Source: a virus. From it: 64,000 nt of DNA. The notes under the pieces are model-generated. The model saw only the letters and a list, made by a program, of their open reading frames with translations. It was not told the origin of the DNA and made no database searches. Shown piece after piece: positions 58,897-64,000 of this stretch; positions within the stretch are counted from its first letter, which is position 1, and every line of letters starts with the position of its first letter. The stretch covers positions 64,001 through 128,000 of IMG/VR virus record IMGVR_UViG_3300021375_000007; one strand, 5' to 3'. A program made the translations under genes and the position numbers.

Positions 58897-59343
58897 TTAT
58901 TTTATCATCGTATTCAATACCGGCAATTCCTTTCTGACCTTCTTGAATTCTTTGAGTAATGCTTCTTCCAGGCCAGCTGTATAGGATGTCTTCACTTCAT
59001 ACCCTAACACTGTTGATTGAAACTTAGGCATTGTATATACATATACCAGTATTTCTTCTTTACCTCGTATATGTTCTCTAATACGGTCATTAGTAGCATT
59101 AACAGTAGATTTATACTGACTATAGAATCTATCTCGCACATTATAGGTCTGACCTACTTTAAGTACTTCACCATCCTTATTAGCTAATACATACACGGCT
59201 GGCATACTTTCGAACTGCCGGCCTTTGTTATTATGTACATCATCATCATGATATTTGATATCAATGCCTTGCATATATTTGGTAGATGGCATCATTGTAC
59301 AATGCGGCTTAAAGCCTTTCTCTTCGTAATATTTGATATTCAT
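58897..59343 (-). CDS. GIY-YIG-like nuclease
   Basis: AVYVL...LKVGQT...RF, LEEALL, PVLN. Confidence 0.55.
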   Translation of the reverse strand: MNIKYYEEKGFKPHCTMMPSTKYMQGIDIKYHDDDVHNNKGRQFESMPAVYVLANKDGEVLKVGQTYNVRDRFYSQYKSTVNATNDRIREHIRGKEEILVYVYTMPKFQSTVLGYEVKTSYTAGLEEALLKEFKKVRKELPVLNTMIK

Positions 59344-59369
59344 TTTATTAGATTGGTTAACGTATATAT

Positions 59370-59407
59370 ATGTGAGGAGAGAGCCCGTAGGCTCAATCCC
59401 ATCACAT
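59370..59407. terminator. Hairpin downstream of AAA gene
   Basis: atgtga.gga.gagcc-cgta-ggctc.tcc.tcacat. Confidence 0.45.
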
Positions 59408-59451
59408 GAAATTCATAATAATTAAAATGGCATCCCTGGATTATCATCCAT

Positions 59452-60624
59452 TCATGCATCAATGGCCTGCGCCTGAGCACTCAGCTCGGCACTTAATCCA
59501 AATAGATCTGCCTCTTCAGCCTCACCTGCATACTTCTGAACAATCTGCTTAACAAAGACTCTTTCAGAATCCATACCTCCATCGGCATCAAAGAAAGGAT
59601 AGACACAAACCTCAGCTGATTCAGTAATGGTAAATCCATCAACTAACAATCCTGCCATCTCAACACATAACCTGGTTGATATTGAATTGCTTAGCCTGGC
59701 TGCTTCAGAGGCTTTCTCTGTTCTGGTCGCTTCTGCAATGCTACTAATGTTACGAGCATCATCAATTGATATGCCAGGATGAAGCTTTCTTAATAATGCA
59801 ATCTCATCTTCAACCTTAAGAGAATCCATCTCCATAATAACAAATCGATCAACTAACGCACGGTCCATTGACCTGGTTGCGGTATATTCATTACCAATGT
59901 TCGCGGTTGCAATAAAGGTAACACCATCGGCTACTTTCACAATAGGCGAATCCGGATGCTCATCCAACCTTAGGTATCTCTGACCGTAATCTAACACGCT
60001 CATCAATATATTCCAGGCCTCTGGATGCGCTCGGCTAATCTCATCAAGCAAGATAACGGCATTCTCCGTCTGGATGGCCTTTACAAAGGTTGATTGCTGG
60101 AACACTGTCCCGGTCTCCTTTTCAAAGTGCGTATTACCAACCAACGTCCCCCTAGGGTCTTGAGTTGCACCAAGATTGAAATAAAACTCTGGCCTATCTA
60201 ATGCAACAACTAATTGCTGAGCGGCAAAGGTCTTACCACAACCAGAATCACCGGTCATCATAATATTCTTACCACGCATTGCCGATCGAACTAGATACTT
60301 CCATTTCAAATCGGTCATCACCAACGTCCCAGGCTTGATACTGGCACTATTATTAATGAATGCCAATACCGGGTCATTCATATCAACTTTAGTGGCCTTA
60401 GGCTTTTCAACTTCAACCGGTGCACTATCAAAACCTGCATCTACTAGGGGTACTCTCCTAACTTTACCGGTAGCGATATGTAATGACATTGCCATGCCCG
60501 AGGCATATGCTGATGCTATCATCGCAGACCGGATGGCACCGTTATCTTTATTGCCATCGGCATCAATGGCGATTAATGCTCCGTTCCTTTCAACTGCCTG
60601 GTAATACTTATACTCTCTTTTCAT
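59452..60624 (-). CDS. MoxR/CbbQ/CobS-type AAA+ ATPase
   Basis: GDSGCGKT, ILLDEISR, IATAN, DRALVDRF, ISTR. Confidence 0.9.
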   Translation of the reverse strand: MKREYKYYQAVERNGALIAIDADGNKDNGAIRSAMIASAYASGMAMSLHIATGKVRRVPLVDAGFDSAPVEVEKPKATKVDMNDPVLAFINNSASIKPGTLVMTDLKWKYLVRSAMRGKNIMMTGDSGCGKTFAAQQLVVALDRPEFYFNLGATQDPRGTLVGNTHFEKETGTVFQQSTFVKAIQTENAVILLDEISRAHPEAWNILMSVLDYGQRYLRLDEHPDSPIVKVADGVTFIATANIGNEYTATRSMDRALVDRFVIMEMDSLKVEDEIALLRKLHPGISIDDARNISSIAEATRTEKASEAARLSNSISTRLCVEMAGLLVDGFTITESAEVCVYPFFDADGGMDSERVFVKQIVQKYAGEAEEADLFGLSAELSAQAQAIDA

Positions 60625-60666
60625 GTGATATAATTTAATGGTTATTACTTAATTATCTTAACACTA

Positions 60667-60697
60667 TAAATATGGCAAATAAATCAACGCGATCCAA
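60667..60697 (-). promoter_or_regulatory. Early promoter
   Basis: TTG GATCGCGT..(N20) CATATTTA. Confidence 0.7.
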
Positions 60698-60959
60698 CCT
60701 TTTCGAAAACTTTTTTTGAAATTTGTTTAGGCGCGGTCTGATATTGATATACAGACTGGATGTGATTGACATATATTTTAACGCTCTGCTTATTAACCCC
60801 AGGCCGGCTGAAGACTCTAATAAACTCCGCATTAACCTCTTTGGCCGGCCCCATCATGGACCACCATGATTGACTACCAGATCCGGCACCGAAATTGCTA
60901 ACACAATTAAATTCATATGTCTGGCCAACTCGGACCTTTGAAAGTGGAACTTTTTTCAT
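60684..60959 (-). CDS. Hypothetical early protein
   Basis: Early promoter upstream. Confidence 0.5.
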   Translation of the reverse strand: MKKVPLSKVRVGQTYEFNCVSNFGAGSGSQSWWSMMGPAKEVNAEFIRVFSRPGVNKQSVKIYVNHIQSVYQYQTAPKQISKKVFEKVGSR

Positions 60960-60984
60960 TCTCTTATTTTTTAAAGGTTATATC

Positions 60985-61014
60985 TAAAGATAAGAAAAAA
61001 TCTTACGAGTCCAA
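60985..61014 (-). promoter_or_regulatory. Early promoter
   Basis: TTG-N19-TATCTTTA. Confidence 0.65.
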
Positions 61015-61253
61015 CCGTTTTGAAAAAAAAGTTTCGCCCAACACATTTCTATGCTGTCCCAACGCTTATTGCAGCAGCTGCCGATTTATCTCTCCCATCC
61101 GTCGACTGGTTAGGGCTTGTACTTTACCTTGCTACTGGTATGGCGTACATAACCATACTCACTTAGATTCAATTGTGAGCCAAAGTCCCTGTGTTGCTAC
61201 ATCACTTCTCATCATGCGGGAGCACATTAGCCAATGGCATTGGCACGTATCTT

Positions 61254-61472
61254 CTAGAAAGGCAAATCATTATCCTTTTCTAATGTCTTTTCATAATCTC
61301 TCATATTTACAAACCAATCACATGTCACTGATATGCAGATAGCGTTTCTTTCTGCTGCCCAACTATTACCAATAGCCTGACCGCCTTGACGCCACCAGGT
61401 GGATGGATACTGACCTCGTACGATTGTTTGGAGGCCTTCCTCTGTCACCCATATTTGTATTACTGGCTTCAT
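61254..61472 (-). CDS. Hypothetical protein
   Basis: Ends DNDLPF. Confidence 0.45.
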   Translation of the reverse strand: MKPVIQIWVTEEGLQTIVRGQYPSTWWRQGGQAIGNSWAAERNAICISVTCDWFVNMRDYEKTLEKDNDLPF

Positions 61473-61843
61473 CGTTTAGATAGCCAATGGTTAATCCAAT
61501 ATACAGCTGTACCAACTATTGCTACCATTGATAGGCCTGCCACTGAAATCAATGGTGTATTCTGCATTACACTCCATATACCCGGAGCAACAACTCCTAC
61601 AAGTACAATAGCGAATAAAATAGGCGTTTCCATCTTCATCTTTTTGGATACTTTAGATACTTTATCTACTCTCTCATTCCATATGAGTCGACTAATAGCA
61701 TCTTGCATATCTTTACCATATGCAGGCTGGGTATAAGTACTACCATCAGTTTCCTGGATAACTACTTCATATTTAAAATAGCCTGGATTTGAATTACTAG
61801 GCCTTACTAGTTTACAATCTACTGCTTTACGCTTATTCGTCAT
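61469..61843 (-). CDS. Membrane protein
   Basis: PAYGKDMQDA domain plus two C-terminal TM helices. Confidence 0.55.
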   Translation of the reverse strand: MTNKRKAVDCKLVRPSNSNPGYFKYEVVIQETDGSTYTQPAYGKDMQDAISRLIWNERVDKVSKVSKKMKMETPILFAIVLVGVVAPGIWSVMQNTPLISVAGLSMVAIVGTAVYWINHWLSKR

Positions 61844-62045
61844 TTGTTCTAGTTATATTGGTTAATGGTTTTGGATTACCTTCCTGTTGCCACATCCGGT
61901 GGATTTTTGAACTGCTCCGTACTATACCAATGGCAGGACTACTAGGCCAATGCCATTTAATTAATTTCTCATGATCAGCTGATGCAAGTGATCTCCACCA
62001 GGCTAATGCTAATTGCCTATTTCTATTCGTCATCGTCATCTCCAA
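61833..62045 (-). CDS. Hypothetical protein
   Basis: ALAWWRSL. Confidence 0.45.
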   Translation of the reverse strand: MEMTMTNRNRQLALAWWRSLASADHEKLIKWHWPSSPAIGIVRSSSKIHRMWQQEGNPKPLTNITRTNDE

Positions 62046-62406
62046 AATTAACTACGGTAAATCCAGGATGTCCTGCTTCAAACTCAGAATTCTTAGGATA
62101 TCCTAGCATTTCTTCCAATGCATTAACCATTTCATCAATAGTGGCTAATTGATTTGGAATCTGGTCTTCGTAAAAGCCATCTATATCATTATCATATTCA
62201 GACCGCATATCGGAATCAGCCTCTAATAGATATTCATATAGATACATAACATCGTTACCATATACTTCCAAAGCTTGCATCAATGCCAGCATTACATAAT
62301 AGTCATGCTCTTCATCCCCATTTAGCTTGTTATTAGCATTCTGGATGGTTGCGATTTGTTCATCGCTTAATATTACTTTTGACGGTTCAATTGAGTATTC
62401 AATCAT
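62023..62406 (-). CDS. Acidic hypothetical protein
   Basis: Asp/Glu rich; promoter-like sequence upstream. Confidence 0.5.
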   Translation of the reverse strand: MIEYSIEPSKVILSDEQIATIQNANNKLNGDEEHDYYVMLALMQALEVYGNDVMYLYEYLLEADSDMRSEYDNDIDGFYEDQIPNQLATIDEMVNALEEMLGYPKNSEFEAGHPGFTVVNFGDDDDE

Positions 62407-62493
62407 ATCTAATTATTTAAGGTTATAGTTTTAAAGGTAAGTAAATAATTTCAAAGTTCCAACTACTAATAGTAGCTTGACCTTTTTCTTTTT

Positions 62494-62691
62494 TTATGCC
62501 TGCTTAGTTTCGACATAGCTCTTAACTCTGTCACAGGTTGCTCTGAACTTCTCCATTGCGGTTAACGATCCAACTGCCTTTGCATGAATGGTTTCCCCAT
62601 TCTCTCTCACTCGCAACAGCGAACCTGTCAATTCAACTTCGAAGTTACCATACTCTTTCAAATACTTACTACTAATGCTATTCTCACTCAT
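62494..62691 (-). CDS. Hypothetical early protein
   Basis: Early promoter upstream. Confidence 0.5.
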   Translation of the reverse strand: MSENSISSKYLKEYGNFEVELTGSLLRVRENGETIHAKAVGSLTAMEKFRATCDRVKSYVETKQA

Positions 62692-62727
62692 TTCTTAAAG
62701 GTTTAAATGGTTTAATTATCTAACACT

Positions 62728-62758
62728 TAAATATAAGAATCATATGAACGCGATCCAA
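62728..62758 (-). promoter_or_regulatory. Early promoter
   Basis: TTG GATCGCGT..(N20) TATATTTA. Confidence 0.7.
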
Positions 62759-62763
62759 CCTTT

Positions 62764-62943
62764 TTAGTAACTTTTTTTATTTAAAGCCTTACCGACGGCA
62801 ATTAGCACCCAAATTCCATATACGCCTCTCATCCAGATTGGCCATTCCATAATTAAGGGGTTCCATGCTATAAATGCACAAATGCCATATATTCCTACTG
62901 GGATAAGTATGGCTAATATAATACTGATAATTGCTTGTTTCAT
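62764..62943 (-). CDS. Small membrane protein (59 aa, not in track)
   Basis: MKQAIISIILAILIPVGIYGICAFIAWNPL... Confidence 0.5.
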   Translation of the reverse strand: MKQAIISIILAILIPVGIYGICAFIAWNPLIMEWPIWMRGVYGIWVLIAVGKALNKKSY

Positions 62944-63306
62944 TTAGTCCTTTGGGTTATATTGTGTATACGTTAATAAAATTTCTTCGCCTTCCTTGAT
63001 ATCATTCAAAGTATGTAACTGCCATTCTACTGGGGTTACTGTTATGTCTTGAAGCAATCTGCAGTTAGGTGTTTCATTATGATTTATGAATCCACCCAAT
63101 GGCGTACGTACTATTTTATGACTACCACCGGACATATCAGGCACAGACTCGAAATCTAAATAATAATGCGTAACACCTAAACATACACCTTCTGATATAT
63201 CTTGTGTAGCAAATACTCCTAATTCTCTTCTACCTGTTTTAGATGATAAGCTGGAATCTTTAATAGTAAGGCTACTGGGTAATGGTCTGTAATGTTCTTT
63301 GCTCAT
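62944..63306 (-). CDS. SET-domain protein
   Basis: LGVFATQDI, FINHNETPNC, DIKEGEEILLTY; start reassigned to MSKEHY. Confidence 0.85.
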   Translation of the reverse strand: MSKEHYRPLPSSLTIKDSSLSSKTGRRELGVFATQDISEGVCLGVTHYYLDFESVPDMSGGSHKIVRTPLGGFINHNETPNCRLLQDITVTPVEWQLHTLNDIKEGEEILLTYTQYNPKD

Positions 63307-63307
63307 T

Positions 63308-63724
63308 TTATTTGTTTTTGGTACACCATTTAATATATGAAAGTAAACACGTATTACCAAATTTGCGATACGCTTTTTTATCTAACTCTAATCCTAACTG
63401 CTCTGCCAATTTCTCACCTTCATCCCAGGCATTGAATTCTTCACGAACTGTATCAACTCGGTAATTGTTATATCCGGATGCGTTCTCTGATACCAATGCG
63501 GCTGTTATGCCCGGATACCGGCACATAAAGGTAGCTGGATTAGATCGTATAATCATATGGCCACATTCATGTAGTAATGTCCAATATAATTTCTTACCAC
63601 GTGTTTGGTAATTGATATTGATACATTTTGAAAAATGATCGGCTTCATTGCGTCTAGAATTAAGATTTACCATCCATCCAGATTCATATATGTAATCGAT
63701 TATTCTTGCGATTCGTTCTTTCAT
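63308..63724 (-). CDS. HExxH zincin-like protein
   Basis: TLLHECGH...EEFNAW. Confidence 0.6.
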   Translation of the reverse strand: MKERIARIIDYIYESGWMVNLNSRRNEADHFSKCININYQTRGKKLYWTLLHECGHMIIRSNPATFMCRYPGITAALVSENASGYNNYRVDTVREEFNAWDEGEKLAEQLGLELDKKAYRKFGNTCLLSYIKWCTKNK

Positions 63725-63749
63725 AACTGTTGTTTAATACCTCTTACCA

Positions 63750-63968
63750 CCCGAGGCTTTTACGACATGGCCTCTTTTTACCGTTAGCTCAGGGTGCCTA
63801 TTAGGCAGCCATTGCTAGTTCAACTTGTTCGCCAGTTGTGCGTATGATCTCCCAATGCTCCTTTCTTGCTGTCAAAACCAGGCACCCCCATATTATTAAT
63901 ACTCTAGTGGAGGTGGAGGGAATCGAACCCTCGTCCAAACAAGCGGCTGACATTAGTCAGACGATCAA
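63750..63968 (-). ncRNA. ssrA: Circularly permuted (two-piece) tmRNA; outer ends approximate
   Basis: T-arm and acceptor 3' strand (63936-63908) precede the 5' strand GGGGGTG (63889); G3-U70 pair; tag ORF GEQVELAMAA* at 63833-63801. Confidence 0.88.
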
Positions 63969-63969
63969 T

Positions 63970-63978
63970 TATAAATAT
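63970..63978 (-). promoter_or_regulatory. Late-type motif ATATTTATA upstream of tmRNA
   Basis: Same motif as upstream of structural genes. Confidence 0.6.
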
Positions 63979-64000
63979 ACTTCTCCACCGTTCTCATCAT

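Noticed and set aside
547-63464. All + strand ORFs in the track
   Set aside because: They are short, mostly antisense to well-supported minus-strand genes, and lack motifs and promoters; treated as shadow ORFs.
63905-63936. Isolated tRNA/tmRNA 3' fragment as a prophage att site
   Set aside because: The complementary 5' acceptor strand and tag ORF lie directly downstream, giving a complete permuted gene.
1-64000. Genome-wide stop-codon recoding (TGA or TAG)
   Set aside because: Long genes are intact in code 11, TGA is used in ATGA stop/start overlaps, and no suppressor tRNA is seen.

Overview
A 64-kb segment of a large T4-like (myovirus or jumbo) phage genome. Essentially every credible gene is on the minus strand, and the + strand ORFs in the track are shadows. 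The host is probably Bacteroidota: Bacteroidota-style TTG-N20-TAnnTTTA promoters, a DUF4494 protein, an Hc1-like protein and a GE...AA tmRNA tag. About 1-9.4 kb: cytidylyltransferase-like gene, structural genes, a single-chain Mre11-Rad50 (SbcD-SbcC) fusion, primase and a T7-endonuclease-I-like resolvase. About 9.4-26.5 kb: baseplate/tail module (gp6-, gp25-, gp5-like, LamG). About 26.5-38 kb: gp55-like sigma factor, HD hydrolase, paralogous fibre/chaperone pairs and UvsE. About 38-64 kb: accessory region with Hsp20, methyltransferase, Mesh1-like HD hydrolase, HNH, NTase- and ART-like proteins, MoxR-AAA plus VWA, SET domain, tRNA-Leu and tRNA-Tyr. Signals not explained by the ORF track: (1) a circularly permuted, minimised two-piece tmRNA at about 63750-63968 with tag (A)GEQVELAMAA; (2) an array of small genes at 48.8-51.6 kb joined by a conserved CCAAAACAAAG..ATG junction, starting at the tRNA-Tyr CCA end and containing two integron attC-like sites; (3) complementary 5' and 3' UTRs clamping the hsp20 mRNA; (4) two promoter/leader classes, with the late class marking proteins that carry putative capsid-targeting leaders. 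All functional calls come from motif reading by eye; no database searches were run.
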